Shown here piece by piece: positions 1-10,332 of a stretch of 57,305 bases of DNA. The stretch's first letter is position 1. The number at the start of each line of letters is the position of its first letter. Below the pieces are notes generated by a model. The model did no database searches. It was given only the letters and a program-made list of their open reading frames with translations, and was not told the origin of the DNA. The translations under genes and the position numbers were made by a program. Origin of the DNA: a virus (lineage: Duplodnaviria; Caudoviricetes); the IMG/VR virus record IMGVR_UViG_3300021963_000150, positions 1-57,305 of that record; one strand, given 5' to 3'.

Positions 1-110
1 TACCTTGTGGTCAAGGCGGGCGAGCGGGCACGGGACTATCTGTCCGACCCCGACTCAGACCACGACGGTCTCGTGAGCGAAAGGTAGCCACGGGTTGTCA
101 TTACTCAATG
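1..110. repeat. 110-bp exact inverted copy of 15056-15165 (may extend beyond the window start)
   Basis: 1-110 (taccttgtgg...ttactcaatg) is the reverse complement of 15056-15165; identity stops at 111/15055. Confidence 0.95.
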
Positions 111-1121
111 AGCAAGGTAGAGTCGGGTGAGATTGAGCCACCCCGATGGGGGAGAAAGAGGAAAAACGTGAATAAGCCGTTGGCTAAGCGTCTCATCAAG
201 CAGATGTCAGACGAGACAATTTCGGCAATCAGGGAGGACATCCAGCGGGACGAGTATCGCCATGATTCCGAGATTGCGAAACTCCACGGAGTCCAATGGG
301 TTGTTGTTGCCCACATCAGGGATGGTCTTGGCTTGAAGCCGATGACCCTGACCCGTATGCGGATGTTTGACATTATCAAACACCTGCGAGAGAATCCGAC
401 CCACACCGACACCAGCATCGCCGAACACTTCGGTGTCAGCGGGGCTACGGTCGCCAAGTACCGCAGGATGTTGGGCATCCCATCAGTACGCAGGGGGAAG
501 CAGCAACCTTCTGATGCCACGCTTAAGGCTCGTGAGTTGCTGACCAACAATCCCTCCATGACTGACTTGGAGGTTTCTCGTCAGTCAAGAATCTCGTTTG
601 CCCACGTCGCTCGGCAACGGGACTTCCTTGGCATCCCACGCTCACCCATCAATAATCGTCGCCCAAGCCCTCGCCTAACTTACGACTACACCGCAGTTGA
701 TGCCGACATCAAGGCGGGCAATTACAGCGTCACCATGATTGCCAAGATTCACGACATTCCTATTGCTTGGGTGAAGAAGCGGATGAATGAGTTGGGTGTT
801 CGGCGTCGCCGTGCCCTCAGTCCCGAAGAGCGCCTACAAGTTGAGTCACTTCTCAAGTCGGGTTCTCCTCGTATGACGTGCAAGCAGATTGCCTCCTTGT
901 ATGGATGCTCTGTCAGCACCATTGACAAGATTCGCAAAGAAGCGGGGCTACGACGGCTCCCTCCGGGCAACCCCAAGTGGGAGGAGCGACGAAAGGCTCG
1001 TGAGATGCTGAACGCATCCGACCGCAAGTCGCTAGAGGTTATCGCTCGTGAGTGTGGTCTCAGCATGACCACCGTCATAAAGATGACCAAAGACGTCAAC
1101 GGGGAAAAGTGGGGAGTCTGA
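108..1121 (+). CDS. multi-helix-turn-helix DNA-binding protein
   Basis: 337 aa, basic, several tandem HTH-like units (IAEHFGVSGATVAKYRRMLG, IASLYGCSVSTIDKIRK, IARECGLSMTTVIK). Confidence 0.75.
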   Translation: MSKVESGEIEPPRWGRKRKNVNKPLAKRLIKQMSDETISAIREDIQRDEYRHDSEIAKLHGVQWVVVAHIRDGLGLKPMTLTRMRMFDIIKHLRENPTHTDTSIAEHFGVSGATVAKYRRMLGIPSVRRGKQQPSDATLKARELLTNNPSMTDLEVSRQSRISFAHVARQRDFLGIPRSPINNRRPSPRLTYDYTAVDADIKAGNYSVTMIAKIHDIPIAWVKKRMNELGVRRRRALSPEERLQVESLLKSGSPRMTCKQIASLYGCSVSTIDKIRKEAGLRRLPPGNPKWEERRKAREMLNASDRKSLEVIARECGLSMTTVIKMTKDVNGEKWGV

Positions 1122-1444
1122 TGACCTTTTCTCGTAAGGAAGTTGCCTTTCACTTTGGATGGCACCCATTCGTCCGCAAGATTGTTTTCCAACTAAGAGA
1201 ACCGGGACGGTACATGTACTTTGAGAACTGGAGATTCACAAAGCGTGTCCGACGAATGTGTGTCTGGGATGGCTCGGCGTGGGTTGACGTTCCCGACAAC
1301 GTGATTGACGCTGACCCCAAGCACATTAACCTACTTCGCTCTTACTCTGACTTGCTTGGTATCAACTTTGATGCCTATCTCCCACGCCAGAGTGAGACCG
1401 ATAACGAAATCCTTACCGAACAACTACCGACAGGAGATGTATGA
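1121..1444 (+). CDS. hypothetical protein
   Basis: ATG overlaps the upstream stop (TGATG); part of ORF 1052-1444. Confidence 0.55.
   Translation: MTFSRKEVAFHFGWHPFVRKIVFQLREPGRYMYFENWRFTKRVRRMCVWDGSAWVDVPDNVIDADPKHINLLRSYSDLLGINFDAYLPRQSETDNEILTEQLPTGDV
1407..1443 (+). promoter_or_regulatory. start-associated phage promoter motif copy
   Basis: AAATCCTTAC-cgaacaactacc-GACAG-gagatgt-ATG, with ATG at 1441. Confidence 0.8.
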
Positions 1445-1659
1445 GCAACTTCCCGCCCCCCAACTTCCCATCCAACCCACCCAAAGGGGAGATGGGGCAA
1501 AAGCAATTCGCCAAGAAGGCAGGCTGTATCGGTGCTGGCATCGGTTTTATTGCCCCTCTCGCCAATGGTGGACTCCTGATTGATGGAGTCATAAACGGGG
1601 CCATTTGGTTTGGCATCGTCTATGGAGTCACTCGCCTCATTCAGAAGAACAAGAAGTGA
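1441..1659 (+). CDS. small membrane protein
   Basis: 72 aa, two hydrophobic Gly-rich segments; starts at the motif ATG. Confidence 0.65.
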   Translation: MSNFPPPNFPSNPPKGEMGQKQFAKKAGCIGAGIGFIAPLANGGLLIDGVINGAIWFGIVYGVTRLIQKNKK

Positions 1660-2285
1660 ACGGCAAAAAAGCCAAGAAGATGCGGGCTGAGAACGCCCGT
1701 CGTGAGAAGACGGTTCTTGCGGGACTCGCCGCGTGGTGGGACGGACACAAGGAGAGGTACGACTATGCCGCCTGCATCCTCACCGCCCGTGTTGCTACGG
1801 ACGTTTTGACTCACTTCAAGATTCCCCATCGCCTTGTTGCGGTCAAGTCCAATGCCATGAACCTGCAACGCTACGAACGCATCAACAACCTTGCTCAAGA
1901 CGATGACGGTATGACCTTTCTTGATGGCGAATACTGTGTCGGGGCTAACGACGGACAAATTGGCGAGCGAGGATTTGGTGGGCACCTTATTGTCGTCACC
2001 TCCAACGACACCCTGGTAGACCTAACCAACTATCAGTTTGACCGCCCAGAGCATGACATCATCACGGGCAATGCTGTGAGGATTCACAAGTCTCAGGGTG
2101 CTTTCCGAGACTTCACCAACAACAAGGAATTGACGATTCCTCTGGAAAAAGGTGTACTGCTTTACTGGCCATTAGATACGACCTCCTACCGAGATGCCCC
2201 CGACTGGAGACTGTCGTACGCAATGAGCAAGGAAGCGATTACCGCAATCTCTGCCTTGCTCGCCATTGAGGGAGCGAATGCTTGA
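1656..2285 (+). CDS. hypothetical protein
   Basis: GTG overlaps the previous stop; protein-like ORF (part of 1605-2285). Confidence 0.6.
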   Translation: MNGKKAKKMRAENARREKTVLAGLAAWWDGHKERYDYAACILTARVATDVLTHFKIPHRLVAVKSNAMNLQRYERINNLAQDDDGMTFLDGEYCVGANDGQIGERGFGGHLIVVTSNDTLVDLTNYQFDRPEHDIITGNAVRIHKSQGAFRDFTNNKELTIPLEKGVLLYWPLDTTSYRDAPDWRLSYAMSKEAITAISALLAIEGANA

Positions 2286-2318
2286 CGTTGCCATAAGTCC
2301 CGCCCTACTCTCTGCTTT

Positions 2319-2762
2319 ATGGAATTGTCACGAGCAGAGTTGCGTTGGCTTACGTCAGCCGTTGACATCTGCGATGGGGCAACCCACAAGCAATGGCGTG
2401 TTGGTGCGGTTCTCGTCCGAAGCGGGAATGTGCTTGCCTCTGGCGTCAATAGGTATCGCAATGACCCAGCACAGGTCGAATACGGTCATGTCTCGTATCA
2501 CGCAGAAGAAGTTGCTCTGCGCCGAGTCAGCGACCCCGAGGGTTCAACCATTTACGTCGCTCGCCTCACAAGGAGTGGCAAAATCGGGGCTGCCCGCCCT
2601 TGCCCTAGATGCCAAGCACTACTCTTGGAGCATGGGGTACACACGGCGGTATGGACTGAGCCAAATGGCTGGGGCAAACAAAGGCTCAATAGGCTGATAC
2701 ATGAAGAACTCATCACCCCAGCCGTCAGGCACGCCTCAGCAATCCATCCTCTACTTGGCTGA
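2319..2762 (+). CDS. cytidine/dCMP deaminase-family zinc protein
   Basis: VGAVLV, HAE and PCPRC zinc-deaminase motifs. Confidence 0.85.
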   Translation: MELSRAELRWLTSAVDICDGATHKQWRVGAVLVRSGNVLASGVNRYRNDPAQVEYGHVSYHAEEVALRRVSDPEGSTIYVARLTRSGKIGAARPCPRCQALLLEHGVHTAVWTEPNGWGKQRLNRLIHEELITPAVRHASAIHPLLG

Positions 2763-4683
2763 TGATGTATTGATTTTTGATTTCCCCTACGACCCAGACC
2801 AAGTCAGTCAGGTCAAGGCGTTGCCCGGGGCTAAGTGGGACAAAGTCAGCAGGGTATGGCGTCTGCCGGTTTCCAGCCTGAAGCAGGTTCGTGACCTTGC
2901 GCTGAAATGGAACTTTGACATCTCCAACGAAGTCCTTGCCTTTGACCTGCCCACACACGTCAACCCTGGTGACGGCGTTTCTATTGAGGGCAAGTACCTC
3001 ATGATGTCATTTAGGTATGACCCAGTTATGGTTCGCTCCGTCAAACAGATACCCAGCGTTACTTGGGATGCCAAGACGAAGGCATGGAAAGCCCCGCTGA
3101 CGTCGATTGAGAGCGTCATCAAGTGGGCAACCACATTCAGACAGCCAATACCCGACCATGTTCGTGCCGAGGCTGACCGTATCTCTGCGTCATTGACTGA
3201 GATTCGTGAGGCAAGTCGCTCTGTTGATGCCGACATCTCCATACCTCGCCTCCACGGGGAGTTGCTCCCCTACCAACGGGCTGGGGTTTCTTACGCATCT
3301 CATACTCGTCGCTCGTTTATCGCAGACGAAATGGGGTTGGGTAAGACCATTCAGGCAATGGCGACACTTGAGTACATCCACTCACAGTATGGCGACGACG
3401 ACACAAGTCCCGTTTATCCGGCTGTCGTCGTATGCCCACCAAGCCTTGTCCTGAACTGGAAGAAGGAATACAACAAGTTCTTCCCCGACCTCATCGTTGA
3501 GACGGTTACCAACCGTAAAGAGATTCCGATGTTTGGCACATACGACGTGCTTGTCGTTGGCTACTCCAACATCACGGCATGGGAGAAGCAACTCTGCAAT
3601 CACAACGCCTACGTTTTTGACGAGTCGCACTATTGCAAGTCCCGTGATGCCCAGCGAACCAAGTCAGCCAAGAAGATGACCAAGTCCAATAAGGACGCCG
3701 TTGTGCTCTGCCTGACGGGAACACCCGTTACCAACCGACCCGCGGAGTATGCACCGCAGTTGGACATCATGGGTCAGTTGGACAAGTTCGGTGGGTTGTG
3801 GGGCTTTTATCGTCGCTACTGCAATGCCTTCCAAGATAAGTGGGGGCAATGGCATCTTGAGGGTCACTCAAACCTTGAGGAACTCAACGATAAGTTGCGT
3901 GCTACTTGCTACATTCGTCGTACGAAAGACCAAGTGATGTCTGAATTACCGCCAGTTATCCACGATGAGGTCGTCGTCGACGGGGCTCCGGCAGTAATGA
4001 AGGAGTACAAAAAGGCTGAATCAGACATCGTTGCCTACCTTGTTGAGAGGGCAAAGCAAATTGCCGAAGAACTTGGCTTGCCTGTCGGTGCGGCTGGGGT
4101 AATGGCTCGCCTTAAGGCGGAAGCCAATGAGCATCTTGTTCGTATGAGCGTATTACGCAAGATTGCTGCACGCGCCAAGATGCCCATCGTTGAGGAGTGG
4201 GTGGATGCGCGTATTGCCGATGGCAAGAAGGTTGTTATCGCGGCTCATCACAGAGACATCGTGGACATGCTTGCGAGCAGGTATGGCGGGCTAAAGATTC
4301 AGGGCGGCATGGATGTAGAGGCAGTAGAGGAAGCCAAGCATAAATTCCAGACTCTCCCCGTAGGGGCGGCTCCAGTCATTGTGTTGTCCATTCAGGCCGC
4401 GAAGACGGGACATACGTTGACGGCCGCCCAGGATGTCCTATTCGTGGAGTTGCCATGGACTCCAGCCGATGTTGACCAGACCTACAGTCGTTGTCACCGC
4501 ATTGGGCAGAAGGGTTCAGTAACTTCCACCTACATGCTTGCCTCAGGGACGATTGACGAAGAAATTTATTCTCTAGTTGAACGGAAGCGTGCTGTTGTTG
4601 GCAAGGCGACAGAAGGAGAAATCGTCTTTGACGACAATGATTCCGTTGCGAACCTCGTACTCAGATTAATCAATCTGGACTGA
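2701..4683 (+). CDS. SNF2-family helicase with two N-terminal HARP-like domains (SMARCAL1-like annealing helicase)
   Basis: ADEMGLGKT, DESH, LTGTP, RCHRIGQ motifs; two repeats of F.YDP...VK.LP...WD.....W. Confidence 0.9.
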   Translation: MKNSSPQPSGTPQQSILYLADDVLIFDFPYDPDQVSQVKALPGAKWDKVSRVWRLPVSSLKQVRDLALKWNFDISNEVLAFDLPTHVNPGDGVSIEGKYLMMSFRYDPVMVRSVKQIPSVTWDAKTKAWKAPLTSIESVIKWATTFRQPIPDHVRAEADRISASLTEIREASRSVDADISIPRLHGELLPYQRAGVSYASHTRRSFIADEMGLGKTIQAMATLEYIHSQYGDDDTSPVYPAVVVCPPSLVLNWKKEYNKFFPDLIVETVTNRKEIPMFGTYDVLVVGYSNITAWEKQLCNHNAYVFDESHYCKSRDAQRTKSAKKMTKSNKDAVVLCLTGTPVTNRPAEYAPQLDIMGQLDKFGGLWGFYRRYCNAFQDKWGQWHLEGHSNLEELNDKLRATCYIRRTKDQVMSELPPVIHDEVVVDGAPAVMKEYKKAESDIVAYLVERAKQIAEELGLPVGAAGVMARLKAEANEHLVRMSVLRKIAARAKMPIVEEWVDARIADGKKVVIAAHHRDIVDMLASRYGGLKIQGGMDVEAVEEAKHKFQTLPVGAAPVIVLSIQAAKTGHTLTAAQDVLFVELPWTPADVDQTYSRCHRIGQKGSVTSTYMLASGTIDEEIYSLVERKRAVVGKATEGEIVFDDNDSVANLVLRLINLD

Positions 4684-4732
4684 GTGCTTTCCGCCACCGT
4701 AAACCCTTGAGGTTATTGGATTGCCTTAGCCT

Positions 4733-4975
4733 TTAGAAAGGGTGTGCCCCGCGAAACGGATAGCGGTTGCCTTCTTGGTCATTGACATCCACCTGCCCAC
4801 CGACACCACGGGTTTCGGCAAGACGATTGGCCATGAGGTTCTCTTCTTTGTTGAAGAAAAGGCACGGCTCCGACTCCATAAGGGCACGTACGACCGTAGA
4901 GATTTGGATGTTTGTGCCCGACTTCCCCTGCTCTCTACTGTATTCCTCAATGTCGTAGGTGTCTCTGTTGGTCAT
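4733..4975 (-). CDS. hypothetical protein
   Basis: 80-aa ORF in a minus-strand gene run. Confidence 0.5.
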   Translation of the reverse strand: MTNRDTYDIEEYSREQGKSGTNIQISTVVRALMESEPCLFFNKEENLMANRLAETRGVGGQVDVNDQEGNRYPFRGAHPF

Positions 4976-5147
4976 GCCGCAAGACTACGGCAATGAATAG
5001 AGCATTACGCAAGGGAGCGACTACGGGTTGCAATAAAGTTTGTGAATTGTAGCGTTTTGCTGTTGCTGGAACTACAAGACAATAAGTAGTGTGCATTCCG
5101 AAGGCGTTGAGCCCCCGTACCTCACCCCCAGGAGGCGGGGGCTCCGC

Positions 5148-5438
5148 TTATTGTAGGCGACGATTACGCTCTCGGTTTCGTGCCTGAAGAAGCGTTTCCT
5201 TCTCGGGTCGCCATCCAGTCTGCATGATTTCGCATGGCCATGCCGAAAGATTTGATATGTATGGGATGCCACACTCGGAGCAGTAGTTGGCAGTCCCGAC
5301 CATTGACTCGCACCCAAACTTCTGTGCGAGGTCAACCTCAACCCACTTATGGGCGTTGATGTTCTTCCAGCGCTCCTCGGGAGAAATATCAGGAACCTTG
5401 TGAACCCAAGAATTTTTCTCCAACCAGCGAGAACTCAT
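5148..5438 (-). CDS. hypothetical protein (CxxC)
   Basis: 96-aa ORF; start overlaps the upstream stop. Confidence 0.55.
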   Translation of the reverse strand: MSSRWLEKNSWVHKVPDISPEERWKNINAHKWVEVDLAQKFGCESMVGTANYCSECGIPYISNLSAWPCEIMQTGWRPEKETLLQARNRERNRRLQ

Positions 5439-5854
5439 GCACTGGCCTCTGGGGTTTCGTCATCCTCTTCTTCCTCAATTATTTCAGCGACGATTGACCG
5501 GGCGTACTTTTTTCTGAGTCGCCAAATCTTCTTGTTCAACTCAATGATTGACTCAGAGTTGCGTGCCTTGTCGACAATGTGGGAATCGTAAGTCCCGTGA
5601 ATAGCGAACATTGCATTATCGAAGTCTGCTTGCTCAAAGATGATGTCCGAAATCCAATTGGCTTTACGGTCAATCTCCATCATCAGGGCGCACAGACCCT
5701 CGTGTCCGAACTCCGTAAAAATCTTTGCCACCACGAGGGAGCAAAGATGGTCACGGTACATGACATCTGGATTGGCATTCTGGGACATGAAGTCTCCGAG
5801 GAACTCAATCAGTTCGCTACGGGACATCTCTGCGTCAAAATCATCAGGTTCCAT
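5435..5854 (-). CDS. hypothetical acidic protein
   Basis: likely start MEPDDF after AAAGGA; ORF 5435-5896. Confidence 0.6.
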   Translation of the reverse strand: MEPDDFDAEMSRSELIEFLGDFMSQNANPDVMYRDHLCSLVVAKIFTEFGHEGLCALMMEIDRKANWISDIIFEQADFDNAMFAIHGTYDSHIVDKARNSESIIELNKKIWRLRKKYARSIVAEIIEEEEDDETPEASA

Positions 5855-5913
5855 AGCACGTCCTTTTGTGGGGGCACGCCGTGTGCATGCACCCATTCTC
5901 TCACGACTTTACG

Positions 5914-6951
5914 TCAGATAAGGGAAAGGACCGCTACTTGTGCATCCTGCTTCTTCTTGGTCACCCAAGAGTTGGGGTCCATTGACGACTGAGCACGCTC
6001 CGAAGCCTTGGCATCTCGGTAGTGGTCAAGGTATTCCGCGATTGTGTTGTAGGCAGCCCACCCGTTGAAGCCGTATCCGCCCCCATTCTTTTCCGAAGGG
6101 TACAAACCTCTTACCAAAGCGACGATGTCCTCTCGGTTCTTCTGTTGGCGCTCTGTCTCATCCTTCCGCTTGGGGAATACGGCATTGATGATGGTGTCAA
6201 AGCGGGCCGAACTTTCGGGAACAGGGATTGACAGCATTCGCTCCGCAGTAATGCGGAACTCATCAGCCCACGCAGTTGAGAAGTTCAGTACCTCCTGTGC
6301 GTGTTCGATGGCATTGTCCTGATTGCGGGTGTGACGGGCAGTAAAGACTCGCAGGGCTGACTTCATGCCAGCGTTTACGGTGTTCTTGCATACTGCACGA
6401 ATGGAGGTATTGGCATAGGTGATGGGGGTCTTGCCGTCGTGTCCGTTGCGAACGAGCAAGTAACGCTCAATCTTGTCATTCACTCCACGAGGGTCAATGA
6501 TGAGTTGTCCGAGGTCAATGGAGGCGAAGAACTCACGACCACCGTTTAGTACGCCACAGGTGTCCACAACGGCATCACCAGAACTTGCGCCCACAATGTC
6601 CAACGCACGACCAAGGCAATCAGAGTTCTGCTGAACCACATAGCGAGTCCCGACCGTGGAGAGGGCATCAAATGTGCCATCGTTATTGACCCGAACGGTC
6701 GCACGGCTGTCCTCAATCTCCAACGGAATCTCAACACCATTGACATCCTCGGTCATAATGACCTTGCCGTATTCGTCTAGGGCAACAACTCGGGTAAGAA
6801 CGACAGTGAAGTCGGCTTCAGCAGCACGGAGCATCTCCTCTGCCGTACGCAGGCCTTTCATCGGGGTTCCGAGCCTGTGCCACGGGACTTCGTGGTCGGC
6901 GTAGGCCATCCGAATCTTCCCGTCCTTGGTGCTGTCTAATCCATGTGACAT
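5914..6951 (-). CDS. DUF932 phage/plasmid-like protein
   Basis: PWHRLG, VGTRYVVQQN, NGHDG, RAVCKNT, RHT motifs; start MSHGLD after AGGAG. Confidence 0.85.
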   Translation of the reverse strand: MSHGLDSTKDGKIRMAYADHEVPWHRLGTPMKGLRTAEEMLRAAEADFTVVLTRVVALDEYGKVIMTEDVNGVEIPLEIEDSRATVRVNNDGTFDALSTVGTRYVVQQNSDCLGRALDIVGASSGDAVVDTCGVLNGGREFFASIDLGQLIIDPRGVNDKIERYLLVRNGHDGKTPITYANTSIRAVCKNTVNAGMKSALRVFTARHTRNQDNAIEHAQEVLNFSTAWADEFRITAERMLSIPVPESSARFDTIINAVFPKRKDETERQQKNREDIVALVRGLYPSEKNGGGYGFNGWAAYNTIAEYLDHYRDAKASERAQSSMDPNSWVTKKKQDAQVAVLSLI

Positions 6952-7018
6952 TACAGTTCTCCTTCTGGATAAATCTCTTGATGGAAGAATAGCGCCCCCT
7001 TGGGGGTAGGACAACCTC

Positions 7019-7336
7019 TCAGACAGATTTTTCTGATTCTTTCCGGTTGCGTGTTTGGAGTCCGACCGGGGATGAGAGTTCGAACCCGGCATCGTGGCGC
7101 TCAAGTTCTGCTTCGCCGCCCCAAACTCCATATTCCCTGTTGTTCCTGCCGTATTCACGACATTCATTGGAGACAGGGCAAACCCGGCACATTGATTTGG
7201 CGAGGGTTTCACGGCGGACTCGTGTCTGTGGGCGCTCAGCCAAGGGGGCAAAAAAGATGTCAGTGCGACCTCGGCAGATGGCCATAGACATCCATGAGGT
7301 GCTTAGGGTATTGGGGTGGCGGAGAGTTTCTTGCAT
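7019..7336 (-). CDS. whiB: WhiB-family transcription regulator
   Basis: W...AIC....FF, C..CPV...C, GVWGG. Confidence 0.9.
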   Translation of the reverse strand: MQETLRHPNTLSTSWMSMAICRGRTDIFFAPLAERPQTRVRRETLAKSMCRVCPVSNECREYGRNNREYGVWGGEAELERHDAGFELSSPVGLQTRNRKESEKSV

Positions 7337-7645
7337 AGGCTCATACTAATGAACCCCCCTGTGGGGCGCAAGCAAATTACTCAATCTTCCCGATTTGGGC
7401 CCATTAGCAGGTCATTCTCGTTCTTGACGAGGTTCCACTGGGTGCGCCAGAAGTTCCGCTCTTCTTCCATATCCCACAATCTAGGGGCTGAAGTCATTCG
7501 CCAAGCGACGTAGCCAGTTGCAACGCCAGCCAAGTAGAAAAGTAAGCACATAGCGCCTCCCCGAATCAAAGTAAGACGAAAGAAATAACCTGCAAATCTT
7601 ACCCTGCTAAACCGACATCAGGGGTGACCTATTTGATTTATCTAG

Positions 7646-7912
7646 TCAGTCTGAGTAAATGGCACGCTTCAGGTGGGCGTACACGGTTACCTTCGTAACA
7701 TTGGCACGGGAGCAGAAGGTCTCGACCGAGTTCCGCATATCAAAGAAACCAATCCCGTACAGGAAGCGAACAGCATCACGGCGAGCATCGACATCAAGTT
7801 CGTTGAGGTCTAGTCCGATGCGTTCTTCATATTGGTCGAGAACAACGTCAATGATGCGGGTGAGGTTGGTGAGGCGTACCTCGCCGACAGTGACCGAGAA
7901 GTCGTGTTCCAT
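7646..7912 (-). CDS. small HTH protein (resembles the YheO/DauR C-terminal HTH_22)
   Basis: RRDAVRFLYGIGFFDMRNSVETFCSRANVTKVTVYAHL. Confidence 0.6.
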   Translation of the reverse strand: MEHDFSVTVGEVRLTNLTRIIDVVLDQYEERIGLDLNELDVDARRDAVRFLYGIGFFDMRNSVETFCSRANVTKVTVYAHLKRAIYSD

Positions 7913-7922
7913 TAGCGGGACC

Positions 7923-8432
7923 CTAGCATCTGGTGGCCCATGGGCGCCAGCCGCACTTATTGCGCTCTTGGCTGTAGTTCCACATGGCGAGCCCTGCACG
8001 TAAGTTGACCTCAGGGTTGAATAAATCCTCACAATTATTGAGGATTCCCTTGGCCTGAAGCCATCCACTCGGGTTGTATTTATTTTTTCGGCACCAATAG
8101 CCGTTGATTTGCATCAGCCCGCGACTTCCGCCATTGGGGTCGCTCTTATTGAATGAGCCGATGTTGCACCGGCTTTCCCGATGAATGACGTAACTCAACT
8201 TGGGCCATTGGGCTTCGGTCCAACCTACGGCAATTGCAAGGTCATGCCACTCACCGCACTTGCCGTACATGAGCCGTGCCAGCCCTGTCCAGTCAACCCC
8301 CGAAAGGTCAATGAGGGCAGTGGTCGTTTGGGTTGAGGTGGCTTTGGATTTCTCCACTCCACAGAGAGATGTCCCGACCGTAAGCACCAGTAGGGCAATA
8401 CCAACCACGAAGCCTCGTCCAATCTTGTTCAT
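7923..8432 (-). CDS. secreted lytic transglycosylase (SLT-like)
   Basis: signal/TM segment, RESRC, GLMQIN, LFNPEVN, GWRPW. Confidence 0.85.
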   Translation of the reverse strand: MNKIGRGFVVGIALLVLTVGTSLCGVEKSKATSTQTTTALIDLSGVDWTGLARLMYGKCGEWHDLAIAVGWTEAQWPKLSYVIHRESRCNIGSFNKSDPNGGSRGLMQINGYWCRKNKYNPSGWLQAKGILNNCEDLFNPEVNLRAGLAMWNYSQERNKCGWRPWATRC

Positions 8433-8453
8433 AATTATCCCCAGTCTTTTGTG

Positions 8454-8981
8454 TTATTCCGGTATCGGCCCGCTGAACCTCCACGGGCGCCATCCTGAGG
8501 TTTCCCAAAGACGGAAACCGAATAGGAGATTCTTCTCGGGGTCGAACATGTCCTCGGGGTGGGACATCCCCATCGTCCCCAGCCATTCTGTATGGACTTG
8601 ATTGACTTGCATGAGGCCTGCATCGGCTCCATTCCATGAATCCGGCTGGCAACGGGACTCGCGCCAGATGACCTCCCGCAGGAAATTCCACTCCTCCTCG
8701 GGCCAGCCAACCGAAATGGCCAAATCGTGCCATTCTCCACACTTCCCATAGGCACCCCTAGCCAAAGCAACAAAGTCCACCCCCGAAACATCGGGGAGGG
8801 TGGTGGTGGTCGTGCTCGTCGTGCTCGTCGTGGAAGCGGGCACCGTCTTCGGCACACTGACCACCGGAATCTCCTGCTGTTTCACCTCTTCCGCTGGAGC
8901 CCCGTGGGCTATTCCGACCATCAGGGTCAGCGTAAAAGCAAACGGGAATAAGGGAAGAGCCTTGCGCAGGAGTTGTTTCAT
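8454..8981 (-). CDS. secreted lytic transglycosylase (SLT-like), tandem paralog
   Basis: signal peptide, Thr-rich linker, RESRC, GLMQVN, GWRPW; shares YGKCGEWHDLAI with 7923-8432. Confidence 0.85.
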   Translation of the reverse strand: MKQLLRKALPLFPFAFTLTLMVGIAHGAPAEEVKQQEIPVVSVPKTVPASTTSTTSTTTTTLPDVSGVDFVALARGAYGKCGEWHDLAISVGWPEEEWNFLREVIWRESRCQPDSWNGADAGLMQVNQVHTEWLGTMGMSHPEDMFDPEKNLLFGFRLWETSGWRPWRFSGPIPE

Positions 8982-9100
8982 CGGTTCTCCAGTGTCGAGG
9001 GATACGGCATGGAGACGATGTCTCCGAGGGGAAGCCTAGCGACCCCGCTCCCCCAATGTTACCATTTCATTACGGATGTTGTAATGACGAATGAAATAGT

Positions 9101-9373
9101 TTAGATTTCAGTATCCGAAACAATTCGTGCTGAGTAAAAGGCGGAGACAAATTGCCAGGTGTCCTCGAGAGGCTTGATGCGCACCGTGATGGAGTCGCCA
9201 TCTGCCTCAACCACCTCGAGAGACAGAGACTGTAGAAGAAGGTCGGCAACATCGTCGCCGATTTCTGCATTCTCTTCAATCTCTTTCGGCGTGAGGTCAC
9301 CAGAGTCGTTGATGTCTTGGTAGACCGACGAGATGTGGCGGAGGATTTTTAGCAATTCCATTTCGTGTGCCAT
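9101..9373 (-). CDS. hypothetical acidic protein
   Basis: start MAHEME after AAAGGA. Confidence 0.55.
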   Translation of the reverse strand: MAHEMELLKILRHISSVYQDINDSGDLTPKEIEENAEIGDDVADLLLQSLSLEVVEADGDSITVRIKPLEDTWQFVSAFYSARIVSDTEI

Positions 9374-9527
9374 CGCAATTTCCTTTCGTTTCATTGGAGA
9401 CATTAGTGCATGTGGTCGCTCTTGGCAAGGACGAAAAAAAGATGCCGGAATGGTTGACGACCCCTCCGTGACCTGTGCTACGTTCACCTCACCGGATTGG
9501 GGCGTGCCCCAAAAGACAAGGAGAGTT

Positions 9528-9989
9528 ATGAGCCAGTCAGCAACAACAATTATCGGGAATGTCACCGACGACCCGAAACTCACATTCACGGGCGAAGGAA
9601 CTGCTCGCCTCAACTTCGGAGTAGCGGTCAACCACTACTACACCGATGCCAAGGGCGAAAAGCAGGAGAAGGTTTCCTTCATCAACGTGACCGCGTGGCG
9701 CTACCTCGCAGAGGACTCCGCCAGCGTACTGGAAAAAGGTGTTGGCGTTATTGTCAGCGGACGCTTGGAACAGCGTTCGTGGGACGATAAGGAAACCGGA
9801 CAGAAGCGGTCTGTTGTGGAAATCACCGCCGACAATGTTGGTGTACTAACCCGCTCAATCGAGTCCTTCGAGCGCAAGCGTCGTGGTAACTCCGAAGGGG
9901 GAGCCCCGGCCAAGAAGGCTGTGTCGCCCCGTCAGGCGCAATCGCGTCAGTCCGTGCCGAACATCACCGACGAAGAGGAGCCCTTCTGA
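9528..9989 (+). CDS. ssb: single-stranded DNA-binding protein
   Basis: IIGNVTDDPKL, GRLEQRSW, acidic C-terminus EEEPF; RBS AAGGAG. Confidence 0.95.
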   Translation: MSQSATTIIGNVTDDPKLTFTGEGTARLNFGVAVNHYYTDAKGEKQEKVSFINVTAWRYLAEDSASVLEKGVGVIVSGRLEQRSWDDKETGQKRSVVEITADNVGVLTRSIESFERKRRGNSEGGAPAKKAVSPRQAQSRQSVPNITDEEEPF

Positions 9990-10150
9990 TGGAAACCAAG
10001 CAAGGTCGGGGTCGCCCCCGCATCAATCCGCAGGAAAACTCACGCCGAGTCACCCTCACTTTTCCTCAGTCATTGATTGAGAAGTTGCAGGATGAGGCCA
10101 ACGGACGGGGCATCTCGTTCGCCGCTTTGGTGCGAGAGAAGATTTCCTGA
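9989..10150 (+). CDS. 53-aa ribbon-helix-helix/CopG-like protein with AT-hook
   Basis: below ORF-track cutoff; METKQGRGRPRINPQENSRRVTLTFPQSLIEKLQDEANGRGISFAALVREKIS. Confidence 0.65.
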   Translation: METKQGRGRPRINPQENSRRVTLTFPQSLIEKLQDEANGRGISFAALVREKIS

Positions 10151-10261
10151 ACACGAATTGCCGATAAGCGCTCACAGGGAGGACGCTCGGCGCAAAAAGT
10201 GTCGCCACATATCGCGACATTAGGGGAACCAAACAACAACGGGAACAAATTCTCCGCAAAG

Positions 10262-10288
10262 ACCCACTCCTTCGGGGGTGGGTTTTTT
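10262..10288 (+). terminator. rho-independent terminator
   Basis: ACCCACTCC-TTCG-GGGGTGGGT followed by a T run. Confidence 0.8.
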
Positions 10289-10332
10289 GTTGCATCCACC
10301 ACTCTCTTGCGCCTGCGAAGTATTGTCGGCTC

